From assembly GCA_963737265.1 (NCBI GenBank), contig CAVTRY010000022.1:32001-96000 (forward strand): 64,000 nt of DNA. Reading direction: 5' to 3'. Made by a program: the position numbers and the translations under genes. The DNA is from an uncultured delta proteobacterium. GTDB lineage: Bacteria > Myxococcota_A > Polyangia > Fen-1088. Shown here in pieces: positions 39,797 through 50,471 of the stretch (the stretch's first letter is position 1; each line of letters begins with the position of its first letter). The notes beneath the pieces are model-generated. The model searched no databases. It was not told where the DNA came from and saw nothing but the letters and a program-made list of their open reading frames with translations.

Positions 39797-40786
39797 ATGA
39801 AGAATACATCTGTTCTATTGCTTGGGGTTTCGGTGTTGGCGGGCGCCGCAGGGTTCGTGCTCTTGGCGCGATCCGGGGCTAAAGCCGGCCCCCTTCGCGG
39901 CACGGCGGCGCCGGGCTGCGCTGACGAGGATGGCGATGGCTTTGGCGTTGGGTGTGCTGCCGGTCCTGACTGCAACGATCGCGATCCGGCAATGCACCCG
40001 GGGGCAATCGAGACTTGCAATTTCAAGGACGATGACTGCAATGGTCTGGTCGACGATGGGCCCGGCTGCGCAGCGCCGGCTCTGGATCCCAGCCCGGTGC
40101 ATGTGCCCGCGGGATCGTTCTTGATGGGCAGCGACGCGGGGGCGGCGGACGAGAAGCCGGTACACAGGGTGGATGGCTCGGCGTTTGTCATCGATCGCTA
40201 CGAGGTCACCAATGCGCGCTATCAGGTCTGCCTGAACGCGGCCGCTTGTACCGCGCCGGCGCTGCCGAGCTCCACTGCGCGCGCCCACTACTTCGATGAC
40301 GCCGCCTTTGCGGATTATCCGGTGATCCACGTGTCCTGGATGCAAGCCACCCAGTTCTGCGCTTTTGCGGGCGGCCGGTTGCCCACGGAAGCGGAATGGG
40401 AGCGCGCCGCGGCCGGCAGCGATGCCCCGCGCACCTATCCCTGGGGCGCTAGCCCACCGGACTGCACCAAGGCCAATTTCGCCGGCTGTGTGGGCGACAC
40501 GGATCGCGTAGGTCGCCGGGTGGCGGGCCAAAGCCCGTACGGCGCATTCGATATGGCCGGCAACGTCTGGGAATGGACAGCGGATTGGTACGATGCGGGT
40601 TATTACAGCCACAGTCCCAGCCGGGATCCAATGGGGCCCGAAAGTGGCGCGCTCAAAGTCATGCGCGGCGGCTGCTGGGTAAGCGGGGAGAGCTCATTGC
40701 GCACGACCTGCCGCAAGGCCGAATTGCCCGGTCTGTGGGCACCCAACGTGGGATTCCGCTGTGTCTATGCCGAGGGCTCGAAGTAA
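39797..40786 (+). CDS. FGE-sulfatase (SUMF1) domain protein with Cys/Asp-rich metal-binding repeat
   Basis: DEDGDGFG...DCND...DDDCNGLVDD repeat; EVTNARY, RLPTEAEWE, DMAGNVWEW, GFRC. Confidence 0.88.
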   Translation: MKNTSVLLLGVSVLAGAAGFVLLARSGAKAGPLRGTAAPGCADEDGDGFGVGCAAGPDCNDRDPAMHPGAIETCNFKDDDCNGLVDDGPGCAAPALDPSPVHVPAGSFLMGSDAGAADEKPVHRVDGSAFVIDRYEVTNARYQVCLNAAACTAPALPSSTARAHYFDDAAFADYPVIHVSWMQATQFCAFAGGRLPTEAEWERAAAGSDAPRTYPWGASPPDCTKANFAGCVGDTDRVGRRVAGQSPYGAFDMAGNVWEWTADWYDAGYYSHSPSRDPMGPESGALKVMRGGCWVSGESSLRTTCRKAELPGLWAPNVGFRCVYAEGSK

Positions 40787-40808
40787 GCGGCGGAAAAGGA
40801 GACAAGTC

Positions 40809-42119
40809 ATGAAAAAGAAACTCGCGCTCGCCGCCGTTGTTGTCGGAATTCTCGCCGCCCCCTCGGTATTTCCGTGTGGCGCGCCGTTTGGCTCGGGCAT
40901 CTCGGTCAATCCGCAGCAGGACATCATCGTCGCCTACAAGAGCGGCGTGGAGACCTACGTGTTCCAGCCCACGTTTTGCGGCACGGCCAGCAGCTTTGGA
41001 TTGATCCTTCCCATCGCCTCGACGCTCACGGCTTCCCCGGCCTTGTCCGATGAGCTGGCCTTCGCCACCGTCGATAGCCTGTCGCAACCGAAGTACGTGA
41101 CCGTCACTGCCTGTGCTGGGCGGAACGGCGGTGGGAGCGGCACGGCGGGGTCGGCGCCATCGCTGGTGGACGCCGGCACCACCGTGGTATCGAGCGGTCG
41201 GGTCGGGTTTCTCGATTGGGCTCAGCTCAAGGCCGATTCCGTGGCGTCGTTCACGGATTGGCTGACCACCAACGGATATCCCTATTCCGACGCGGCCTCT
41301 AGCGTGTTTTCCTACTACGTGCAGAAGGGCTGGTATTTCGTGGCTTTCAGGATCAGCAGGTCGGTGGTGGATGCGGGGAACACCACCCTGTGCAGCGCCT
41401 TGGGTCCGGTCAAGCTGTCGTTCGCCACGCCCGCGCCCGTCGTGCCCTCGCGTATGGCGAGTGCCGCCGTCGCGCCGGCGACCTTCTACCCGATCGGTTT
41501 TTCGTGGCGAATTTTCGGCATTACCACGGGCGACCAACAGCTGGCCTTTGCCGACGGCGCGAATGCCGATCGCGTGCTTGGCTACTCGGGAGCTCTTGGC
41601 GCCCTCGATGTTACCTCGCTGGCCGGTCTGGCCCAGGCAGGCGACCGTCTGACCAAATTGACCCTGACCTTCGCCTACGGATCGACGGATCCGGATGTGG
41701 GACTGTCCTTGGCCCACGCCAGCGACTACCGCGAGATTCGCTACACCACCCAGTATGTCCTGTGCGCAGATGCCGGCGCGGATGCCGCCGTCGACGCAGG
41801 TCCTATCGGGCCGATGGACGCGGTCGCTTCCGGCCCGGATGCCGAACCGGTCGCCGACACGGCTGTTTACACGCTTGTCGACGCGGGCACCAGGGCGGAC
41901 ACGGCGCCGCAGATCTTCCCGGACGCAGCAACGAGGCCCGACGCGGGCACCAGCGCCGCGAGGGACGCCGCAGGCACGCCGGCCTCCGATAGTTCTGCCA
42001 GGGGCTGGGGCTGTTCCGTGGCGGGACGACCGACCGTCGACGGTTGCGCCGTCCTCGCATTGCTGGCGCTGACGCTAGCTGGCCAGAAGCGCAGGCGACG
42101 AGGAGGCTGTCGCCGCTAG
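40809..42119 (+). CDS. DUF2330-like secreted protein with MYXO-CTERM-like anchor
   Basis: Signal peptide; FGLILP, WLTTNGY, YVQKGWYFVA; DAG-rich linker; GCSV-hydrophobic-RRRR C-terminus. Confidence 0.75.
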   Translation: MKKKLALAAVVVGILAAPSVFPCGAPFGSGISVNPQQDIIVAYKSGVETYVFQPTFCGTASSFGLILPIASTLTASPALSDELAFATVDSLSQPKYVTVTACAGRNGGGSGTAGSAPSLVDAGTTVVSSGRVGFLDWAQLKADSVASFTDWLTTNGYPYSDAASSVFSYYVQKGWYFVAFRISRSVVDAGNTTLCSALGPVKLSFATPAPVVPSRMASAAVAPATFYPIGFSWRIFGITTGDQQLAFADGANADRVLGYSGALGALDVTSLAGLAQAGDRLTKLTLTFAYGSTDPDVGLSLAHASDYREIRYTTQYVLCADAGADAAVDAGPIGPMDAVASGPDAEPVADTAVYTLVDAGTRADTAPQIFPDAATRPDAGTSAARDAAGTPASDSSARGWGCSVAGRPTVDGCAVLALLALTLAGQKRRRRGGCRR

Positions 42120-42299
42120 CGGCGGCCTCGACGCCCCGCAGTTTCTCTTGCACGGCACCGCGCGCGTTCTTCATCGGGCGGCTTGGGCGAAGACACGCGC
42201 GCCCCACGACGATCCGTCCCACGAAGTCCGACGTGAACGGGTATCATGCGCGCGCCATGAGCGCCGTTTCTCCACGCAACACAAGAATGGATCGAGATC

Positions 42300-43232
42300 G
42301 TGAAGTCGGGTAGCCGTCTCGAACGAATCCTCGAGAGTGGTCAGTTCGCCGTCACCGCCGAAGCCGGACCTCCGAGGGGCAGCTCGGCGGAGGTCATGAT
42401 TAAGAAGGGCGAGCTGCTCAAGGACTTTTGCGACGCCGTGAACGTCACCGACAACCAGATCGCCATGGTGCGCATGTCGAGCCTGGCCGGATGCGTACTG
42501 CTCAAGCAGACCGGCGCAGAGCCGGTCTTGCAAATGGTGGTGCGCGACCGCAACCGCCTCGCCTTGCAGAGCGACCTGCTCGGTGCGGCGGCGCTCGGAA
42601 TTCGCAACGTCCTTTGCCTGGCCGGCGACCACACACGCATGGGCAATCATCCCTCCGCCATGGGGGTTTACGACATCGACCCGATCCATCTTGTCCAGAT
42701 GATCAAGACCTTGCGGGACGAGCGCCAGCTCATGAATGGCCAGCGTATCTCCGGCGAGGTCCCGGCATACATCGGCGCCGTCACCAATCCCCTGGTCGAT
42801 TCCACCGGGCTCGCTCTCCTCGGCATGCGCAAGAAAGTCTTTGCCGGTGCGGACTTCATCCAGACCCAAGCCGTCTTCGATGTCGTGAGCTTCCGCGCCT
42901 GGATGGAACAGGTAAGAAGGCTGGGGCTCCACGAGAGAACGCACATTCTTGCCAGCGTCTTGCCCATCAAGTCCGTCGAGATGGCCCACCGCATGCGCGA
43001 GGGCATTCCCGGTCTGCGCATCCCCGCCCAGTTGGTGGAACGGCTAGAGAAGGCCGAGGATGCCAAAGAGGATGCCAAAGAGGTCGGCGCCAAGATCAGC
43101 GTCGAGTTGATCGAGGAGATCCGGGCCGTGCCCGGCGTGCATGGCATCCACATCATGGCCGTGGCCTGCGAAGAGGCTGTGCCTCGCATCGTCCAGGAGG
43201 CGGGCCTGTGGCCGCGCCCGCCAGTACTTTAG
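42300..43232 (+). CDS. metF: Methylenetetrahydrofolate reductase
   Basis: NVTDNQ, RDRNRLALQSDLLGA, LCLAGD, GADFIQTQ, GIHIM. Confidence 0.88.
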   Translation: MKSGSRLERILESGQFAVTAEAGPPRGSSAEVMIKKGELLKDFCDAVNVTDNQIAMVRMSSLAGCVLLKQTGAEPVLQMVVRDRNRLALQSDLLGAAALGIRNVLCLAGDHTRMGNHPSAMGVYDIDPIHLVQMIKTLRDERQLMNGQRISGEVPAYIGAVTNPLVDSTGLALLGMRKKVFAGADFIQTQAVFDVVSFRAWMEQVRRLGLHERTHILASVLPIKSVEMAHRMREGIPGLRIPAQLVERLEKAEDAKEDAKEVGAKISVELIEEIRAVPGVHGIHIMAVACEEAVPRIVQEAGLWPRPPVL

Positions 43233-43377
43233 GCTCCAGGCTCAGGCTGTGATCCAGGCTTATGGTGCAGGCCGATCGGCATGGGTATCGGTTGCGCACG
43301 ATGCACACCGCAGATCGCGACCTCCCTGCCGGTCTCGACCAGACAACCTGAAGCCTGGTATTGAAGCCTGAAGCGAG

Positions 43378-43946
43378 GGGTGCATCCCTGAAACGGGGGC
43401 CCAGCCGGCGGCTCGGTGAGGTAGCAACTTCTGGCGGAGTGCCGCCGAAAACGCAGATATGGAACAGGGAGGAACGGAGAATCAGAGACAGCATAACTTT
43501 ACTGGGCAAATTATCGCCGCCTGCATCGAAGTCCACCGTCACCCTCGGTCCGGGGCTGCTTGAGTCGGCCTACGAGCACTGCCTGGCGCGCGAGCTAGGC
43601 CTGCGTGGATTTCGCACTCAACACCAGGTCGCGATTCCTCTGCAGTACAAAGGACTTGACCTTGACTGCGGCTATCGCCTCGACCTCGTGGTGGAAGGCC
43701 GTTTGGTGGTCGAAGTCAAGGCAGTAGAACGGTTGCTTCCTGTCCACTTGGCACAGGTCATTACCTATCTCAAGCTCCTACGACTGCCGGTTGGCCTGCT
43801 CGTCAATTTCCACGTCCCCGTACTTCGCGAGGGTCTCCGCCGCCTCGTGAACCCAACCCTTGATCCCTCTGATCCTCCGTTCCTCCCTGTCTTTCCTTCC
43901 GATCCCAGCGAGGTGAAGCCCCAGCCCCCATTTCAGGGAAGCACCC
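43378..43946 (+). mobile_element. GxxExxY-carrying TIR element, copy 3 (569 bp, most diverged; +1 frameshift near 43543)
   Basis: Ends GGGTGCATCCCTGAAACGGGGGC and GCCCCCATTTCAGGGAAGCACCC; 9-bp duplication TGAAGCGAG at 43369-43377 and 43947-43955. Confidence 0.9.
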
Positions 43947-44133
43947 TGAAGCGAGCCTTGGCTTGCGGGCAAAGCCCGCGCCATGAGAGAGTAAGTCCGT
44001 TCATTCCTGACACAGATCCTATGAAGCTCCAGCGGTTGCGGATACATTAGCCGTTGAGAATGCATTTTTGCCTGCGGCGATTGGTGCGCGCGGACGGACT
44101 TCGGGCTCTTCACCTATGACGGGAGACGTTGAA

Positions 44134-46722
44134 ATGAGAGAAAAGACAAAACGCAGTCACTCCGCCGCCGGTTTCGCTGCCATGGGTTTGATTGCGTTTT
44201 CAGCGTGTTCGCTGCAGCCGAAGCAGCCCAGTCTCGACGCGGCCGCAGGGGGCGGGAGCACCACTTCGGGCGGCGGCCAGGGCGGGACGTCGATCGGGGA
44301 GCAGGGTGGCACCACCGGAAGCAGTGCTGGCAGCCTGGCAGGGGGCAACCCCGCGGCCGGCAACGGCAGCGCAGGAGGCAACCCCATGGCGGGTAGCCCC
44401 GCAGGCGGCGGCGCCGGGGGCGGAGGCCCGATAGGCGGCACCTCGACCGGCGCGACCGCGGCAGGCGGGACCCGCACGGGCGGCAATTCTTCCGCTGGCG
44501 CTGGCCCCGCCGCGGGCGGAAGCCCAGCGGGTGGCGGTCTTGCTGGCGGGACTTCCGCGGGCGGGAGCGCAGCGGGTGGCAGTGTCGCCCCGGATGACCC
44601 GACCTGTTCCGCGTATACCGTTACCAGGGTCGTCAAACTGACACCGCAGGATCCGGGGGCCGCGGCGAAGCTGGCGCTAATGTCCCAGAACGACAAGATC
44701 ACCATGCTATCCGGCGACAAAGTCACCGATTGGAATGGCGATACCGCATTCCGCTCCTTCGGCGTTGCCAGCGCAGGCGTCACGATTTTCCCCATGCGCG
44801 ACGGACCGCGCGGCGTGCGCAATATCGATGGCGAGGTCGGCACCACCTGGGCCGTCGCCGAGGCGCGCGCGGCTTCTTTCGATCTGGACCTCGAATACCA
44901 GGTCGGCAAGTACCAAGGGCTGGACATGCGCGCGGCGAAGGACGATCTGGCTCTCGCGCCCACCGTCAACCTGCTTCGCCACCCGCGCTGGGCGCGCGCC
45001 CAGGAAACCTATGGCGAGGATCCCGTATTGCAAGGCGAGATGGGCGCTGCCTTTGTGCGAGGAATGCAGATAGAGGGCAACACCGCCGCTTGTCCCAAGC
45101 ACTTCGTCGGCAACGACACCGACAATAATCGCGGCACCGCCGACCCCATCTACGACGAACAGACCCTGCGCGAGAACTACACGCGGGTATTCGAGATCGT
45201 GGTCAAGAAGGGAGATCCGGCGTGCATCATGGCGGCCTACAACCTGGTCAACGACACGCACTGCACGGAAAACAAGCATATCCTGACCGATATTCTGCGC
45301 ACCGACTGGGGCTGGGCCGGTTTTGTGGTGAGCGACTGGGATGCGACGGTGGTCGGTCACGGCGCCGCGTCAATAAACGCGGGCCTCGACCTTGAAATGC
45401 CGAATCCCGCAGCCTTCACCACCCTCGCTGGCGACCTGGCCTCGGGAAACACCACCACCGCCACGCTCAACCAGGCCGTCACGCGCATCCTCAACGCGCG
45501 CATCAAACTCAATGACTTCGATCCCACCTACGTGTCGGCCGCAAAAGGCAATGGCCATGCCTCCGACACCGCGAACGTCAATCTCGCGGCGCAGACCGAG
45601 TTGGAGGGCGCGGTTCTGCTCAAGAACGATGGCATTCTCCCGCTCGGAGCCACGGCGACGGTGGTCGGCAGCGGGACTCCCAACGTCAAGACCATCGCCA
45701 TCGTCGGCCCGGACAACAACCTGCCCGTGATGCCGCAAAATGGTGTTGCCGGATCGGTTTCGGGGCTGGGCGATCGCGGAAGCAGTCAGACCACGCCGCC
45801 GCATGTGGTTTCCTATTTCCAGGGCTTGAAGGACCACGGTGGTGGCCTCACGATCAACCAAAGCGCGGACTCCTCGGCAGCGGTGGGAGCGGATGTCGTC
45901 ATCATCCCGGTCTCCATGGCCCACGAAGACGAGGGCGAGGCTTACGGCGGCGGCGCGGACCGGCAAAACATGACCCTGGATGGACCGCATCCCATCCACT
46001 GGACGACGAAGCCCGCCGCTTTCATCGCGCAAGTGGCGAAGGTGAACCCGAACATTATCGTGTTGCTCAACGTGGGCAGCGCCATCATCGTCGAAGACTG
46101 GATGGCCAGCGCAAAGGCGATCGTCCAGACCTTCTACCCCGGCCAGGAAGGCGGCGACGCCCTGGCGAAGCTGCTCTTCGGGGACGTCAACTTCTCGGGC
46201 AAGCTGCCCTTCACGGTTGGCCAGAACGAGGCCGACTATCCGGCCTTCGGCAACAGCGGCGGCGCTCGCTTCAATGTCGGCTACCTGCATGGCTACCGCC
46301 TTTTCGAGAAGAACGCCAAGCCGGTCCGCTACTGGTTCGGGTATGGACAAAGCTACACGACCTTCAAGTACAGCAACCTCCAGGTGCTTTGCTCCAAGGT
46401 TTCGTCAACGGGCCGCCTGAACGCGCAAGTGACGGTCCAGAACACGGGAAAGGTTGCCGGGACCGAGGTTGTTGAAGTTTACATTGGCTATCCCAATACG
46501 AAGGCTCCTCAACGGCCGGTCAAGGAGCTGAAGGCTTTCACGCGTGTCACGCTGGCCCCCGGCGCAAGCCAGGTCGTGCAGCTCTCCGTGCCAGCGCAAG
46601 ACATGGCCTATTGGAACACGACCACGAATGGCTGGACCGTCGAGACGGTTCAGCACACGGTTCTGGTCGGGCCGAGCGCCGACCCCACAACGCTCTTGTC
46701 AGCGCCCTTCACCATCCAGTAG
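44134..46722 (+). CDS. GH3 beta-glucosidase lipoprotein with Gly-rich linker and Fn3-like C-terminus
   Basis: Lipobox FSAC; DGPRGVR, ETYGEDP, KHF, VVSDW nucleophile, GLDLEMP, FSGKLPFT, KELKAF. Confidence 0.93.
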   Translation: MREKTKRSHSAAGFAAMGLIAFSACSLQPKQPSLDAAAGGGSTTSGGGQGGTSIGEQGGTTGSSAGSLAGGNPAAGNGSAGGNPMAGSPAGGGAGGGGPIGGTSTGATAAGGTRTGGNSSAGAGPAAGGSPAGGGLAGGTSAGGSAAGGSVAPDDPTCSAYTVTRVVKLTPQDPGAAAKLALMSQNDKITMLSGDKVTDWNGDTAFRSFGVASAGVTIFPMRDGPRGVRNIDGEVGTTWAVAEARAASFDLDLEYQVGKYQGLDMRAAKDDLALAPTVNLLRHPRWARAQETYGEDPVLQGEMGAAFVRGMQIEGNTAACPKHFVGNDTDNNRGTADPIYDEQTLRENYTRVFEIVVKKGDPACIMAAYNLVNDTHCTENKHILTDILRTDWGWAGFVVSDWDATVVGHGAASINAGLDLEMPNPAAFTTLAGDLASGNTTTATLNQAVTRILNARIKLNDFDPTYVSAAKGNGHASDTANVNLAAQTELEGAVLLKNDGILPLGATATVVGSGTPNVKTIAIVGPDNNLPVMPQNGVAGSVSGLGDRGSSQTTPPHVVSYFQGLKDHGGGLTINQSADSSAAVGADVVIIPVSMAHEDEGEAYGGGADRQNMTLDGPHPIHWTTKPAAFIAQVAKVNPNIIVLLNVGSAIIVEDWMASAKAIVQTFYPGQEGGDALAKLLFGDVNFSGKLPFTVGQNEADYPAFGNSGGARFNVGYLHGYRLFEKNAKPVRYWFGYGQSYTTFKYSNLQVLCSKVSSTGRLNAQVTVQNTGKVAGTEVVEVYIGYPNTKAPQRPVKELKAFTRVTLAPGASQVVQLSVPAQDMAYWNTTTNGWTVETVQHTVLVGPSADPTTLLSAPFTIQ

Positions 46723-46770
46723 AACAGCCGCCAACGTCGTTCGTCAACGCACGAATTCTAGGAGAATCCT

Positions 46771-48210
46771 ATGGATGGATGGAAGTCTTGCGGTCGAGTA
46801 CTATCAGGACCGCTTCTGCTCATTGCGGTCGGGCTTCTTGCCCCGACGGCCCAAGCTGCCCCTGTCGAATCCACGCCGAGCGACGCAGACTCCGCGCCTA
46901 AGTCCCGCCCCGAGCCAGCTCCATCGCCGGAGCCCCGCTCCGGGTCGGCTCCCGAGGCAACTCTGCCCGCTGCCGTGCCCACGGAGAGATCTTGGAGCCC
47001 GTTCGTGGAGGGCACTGGCGCCGCTCCCGAAGCCGGCGTGCCTGGTTGGCTCCTGTATCAATTCAAATACACATCGGGCTTCGAGTGGCACGGCAACATC
47101 GAAATGGATGTAGGCCAGGTTCGGTATTCGTACAGCGATCCCACCCTACAACCGGAAAAGGTTTACGATTGGCGCGGCCGTTTCGTCTTCGGGCCGATGC
47201 TGACCCACGACCTGGGGAGCCGCCTTTTCGTGCGCGTCACCGGGCAAGCCGTGGCCTGGGTTCGCGAGAACTACAATACCTATCAAATCAACGTCGACGA
47301 CGCCTACGTTCAAATTGGCGACCGGAACGGCCTGTGGGACCTGATGGCGGGACGTTTTCTCACCTGGCGGGTATTTCGCAAAGGGCTTGGCTTCGACCTC
47401 TACACCCTCGAGGACACGGGCGCGCGCTTCGCACAGAACTTCACGGATACGTCTGGATTCTTCCAGCACGCGTACGAGGTCAACACCATCTTCTTGCGCG
47501 ACAGTAACAACGTCCCACCGGGGAGAGCGGCGTTCCACCTCTATCCAACCTCGTGGTCGGGTATCGAGGCGGTGGGCACCTACGGCAGATTGGACAGCGG
47601 CGGCAACGTCCTCGGCGGTCGGTTGTCCGCCGGTGTCAACATTCTCTCCTTCGTCAACCTGCTCGGAGGCGCGGAATATGTGGCCTGGCGGCCGGCTTTT
47701 GCGCTTCCGGATCCCAACGCCGCCCCGGGGGGAGCCTTCGTCCCCTGCGACACCTGTGGCAACATCAACATCTATGGCTTGGGCGGCAGCGCCGCCCTGA
47801 CTCCCTTTCGAGGGCTGGAAATCGTCGGAGACTACGCCTATCGCCAGAGCAAGGCCTGGGACGCTCAAAAGAACGTTCTCACAACCGCCACGACAAAGAG
47901 CGGGGGCGGGTATGTGCAAATCGACCCCCTTTACCTTGCCACGCATGAATACTCGTTGATCGTGGGCGGGGGATGGTTTCATACCGAGTACCTGAGCAAC
48001 GACAATCCCCTCACTACCAATGACCAGACCTATCAGCGCCACGACCAGTATGCCGCCTATTTGGTCTACCCGCTCGGCTTCAACAACGCGGTGGTGAAAC
48101 TGGTCTACTCGCGAGCCAGCGGGCACCAGGAACATGGCGACCCCGCCACCCTAACTACCCTCGATGGCACCATGAACGCCCTGCGCCTCCGCTTCGCCTT
48201 CTACTACTAG
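46771..48210 (+). CDS. Probable outer-membrane beta-barrel (porin-like) protein
   Basis: Signal peptide, Pro-rich N-terminus, aromatic-rich amphipathic strands (DDAYVQIG, LMAGRF), C-terminal beta-signal LRLRFAFYY. Confidence 0.65.
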   Translation: MDGWKSCGRVLSGPLLLIAVGLLAPTAQAAPVESTPSDADSAPKSRPEPAPSPEPRSGSAPEATLPAAVPTERSWSPFVEGTGAAPEAGVPGWLLYQFKYTSGFEWHGNIEMDVGQVRYSYSDPTLQPEKVYDWRGRFVFGPMLTHDLGSRLFVRVTGQAVAWVRENYNTYQINVDDAYVQIGDRNGLWDLMAGRFLTWRVFRKGLGFDLYTLEDTGARFAQNFTDTSGFFQHAYEVNTIFLRDSNNVPPGRAAFHLYPTSWSGIEAVGTYGRLDSGGNVLGGRLSAGVNILSFVNLLGGAEYVAWRPAFALPDPNAAPGGAFVPCDTCGNINIYGLGGSAALTPFRGLEIVGDYAYRQSKAWDAQKNVLTTATTKSGGGYVQIDPLYLATHEYSLIVGGGWFHTEYLSNDNPLTTNDQTYQRHDQYAAYLVYPLGFNNAVVKLVYSRASGHQEHGDPATLTTLDGTMNALRLRFAFYY

Positions 48211-48620
48211 GCAATTTTCACACCAACCCCGCCATCGCCGCGTAGGCGCGCCGGTGGCTGGCCCATGGAAAGCGCGAAGCCATGCTGCGCGCCCCGATTC
48301 AGGCATACGAGTCCTCGCGCCGAAGGCTCACGCCACCCGTGGGCCATTGCGCGCCTGGTAGAACGAAGTCGGCCCAAGACGGGGCCGAAGGGTTTCGGGG
48401 TAACCGTTTCATCCAGGACGGCCACGACGCGATGGGAGCCGCTCGGCATGTCGGATGGGACATCCACCACAAGCTGATGGGCTGGCGTCACGATTCCCTG
48501 TCGTTTGCGGTGCTTTCATGGCGGTCCCCTTGCTTGGAATTGTAACCGGGACAGAATCAAAGGTGAGTCGGGAATGGTTTCACTCCGCCCACCAATGGTG
48601 CGTCCCCGGCGCCCACGTCG

Positions 48621-50403
48621 GGGTGGGTTGCACGGGTCCGGGTTTCATGACTGGGCGGCCTGGGCTTGGGTGTGAGGCCAGAGGGCGAGCCAGGCCCCCG
48701 GGTTGTAGAAGGCAACCCTGAGCGCGACCATGGCTTCAAGGCCGACCTCGCTCCAGAGCATGCCGCCTTGCTTGCAGCGCCGGCCGACGAGGCGCTTGTT
48801 GGTGCTTTCGATGGCGGCACTGGCCAGCGGATAGCCGGCAGCGTGGTATGCGGGGTAGTCCATCATGTACTTGTGGCGGCTCAGGTAGCCGGTCAAGTCG
48901 TCGAGGGCTTTGACCGCTTGGCTGCCGGTGGAGCGCTGCCGCTCTTGGGCGAGGCCCGAGAGCACCTGGTCGACCTTGCCGTCCATGATGGCCTCGGTAC
49001 GTGGCAAGACCCAAGATGGCACTGCTTTCTTGTCCGGCACGACCTTGTGACCTGCCTCCCAGACATGCTGCTTGGCGTGCTGGCAGTCGAGGATGCCAAG
49101 CAACGGCTGGTCGCAGAAGATCTCGTCGCTGTGCTCGATGAAGTAAGCGCCACCGTCGGAGACACGGACTACCTTCTGGCGAGACAGCACGCCCTGGGTC
49201 GTGGCGGCGGCGTGCAGCTTGTGCCAAAAGCCGTCTCGGTCGTTGAGTGTTGCGACGTAGCGCCGGTCCAGCAAGACGCCTCGGCCGGGGCTCTCCTCGC
49301 AGGCGTGTTCCCCGAGGTAGGTCAGTCCCATGCACACCTCGCGGCCGGCGACCCGTGGTGAGCGCCCGGTGGGCCCCATGGGCGAGCCAGCGACCTCGGA
49401 CAGGGTACTCGGCGCCTGATGGCGAAGGGCACGTTCGCCGGTCTCGCTGACCGCTGCCGACTGTGTGGCGTTCGGGACCGCAGACGGCGCCTTCGCCTCG
49501 TCGGTCGCTTTGCGCCGTGGCTCTTGTCCTGGTTTCCAGGTCAGGACGTGAACACCGTCAACCTCGATCACGCCGAAGCCCTCTGTACGCTTGGGCGCAC
49601 ACAGGTCACCGCGAGCCTGGGCGTGCCACCTGTTGGTCGTACTTGCTCCAATGGGCTTCGGCATCGGCCTGGGCGGCCTGGGCGGCACGCGTTCCATCTT
49701 CGGTCACCCATCGCTTGGCGGTGCTCCCGTCGGGAGCCACGGCCCACAGGTAACGGAGTTCCTCGACGGCCTCGTCGAAGCTGCCCATCCGGCAGGCCAG
49801 CCTTTCGGTCGCCTCGCGCACATCGTCGGCGTATTCGCCCGCAGGAAGGCCCCAAGCCTCGTCAAAGGCAAACCAGCTGCGGCCGCAAACACACTCGTTG
49901 CGTCGACGATCGGCTTCCACCCGACCGAATCTCGCCACGAACGTCGTTCTCTCAAATCCTCTGGATTTGGCTTGCTTTCCACAGGTGCAGACTTGTCCAG
50001 GTCCATGAGCCCGCGCGGCCTGTTGGATGACCAGTTCCATGGCTCTTCGGCCCACAGTCGACAACGTCGTCGCCAGCGCAGCCCCCAGCGTCGCCACGGA
50101 CATGCCATCGCCGCGCAGCGCTTGTTGTTCGAGCTCGTTCAATTTCTGGACGAGCGGTTCCAGAGCCTGCAAAGTCAATCCTGCGACATTGGGTCGTCTC
50201 ATGGCGGTGCCTCCTTCTTGGATAGCTGAAGGCATCGCCATGAATCTCCTTCCTACGCAAATTCCTTCCATTTTGGGAACCACGCCAGGGCCCGTATTCC
50301 GAGCGCGCCACCCACCAACTCGCCCTCGAATCAACGTCCCGTAGCGCGCTCGGAAAACGGGCCCTTCAGCCGCCACCAGAACCCGGGCCCGTGCAACCCA
50401 CCC
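48621..50403 (-). mobile_element. ISKra4/ISLre2-like (Mutator-type DDE) insertion sequence, 1783 bp
   Basis: 24-bp TIRs GGGTGGGTTGCACGGG(T/C)CCGGGTT; 9-bp duplication CCCACGTCG at 48612-48620 and 50404-50412; subterminal 22-bp inverted repeat at 50287-50308 and 50344-50365. Confidence 0.9.
48645..50240 (-). pseudogene. Frameshifted transposase (ORFs 49606-50376 and 48645-49697)
   Basis: N-part with Cys motifs and PAGEYADDV; C-part with EVDGV, VSDGGAY, ILDCQHA, ASAAIESTNK, RCKQGGMLWS. +1 frame change near 49620-49640 with no obvious slippery site. Start position approximate. Confidence 0.8.
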
Positions 50404-50471
50404 CCCACGTCGCGGAGGTGTAGGCAGCCGAGAAGTTGTCTGGTAGTATTCCGACCCTGGTGGGGAAGAGA

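Noticed and set aside
48207-48520. Small antitoxin-like gene (MKAPQTTG/IVTPAHQLVVDVPSDMPSGSHRVV)
   Set aside because: Appears frameshifted near its start and has no toxin partner; too weak to call.
49600-49700. Programmed -1 frameshift in the IS transposase
   Set aside because: The required shift is +1 and no slippery heptamer is visible; mutation or sequencing indel is more likely.
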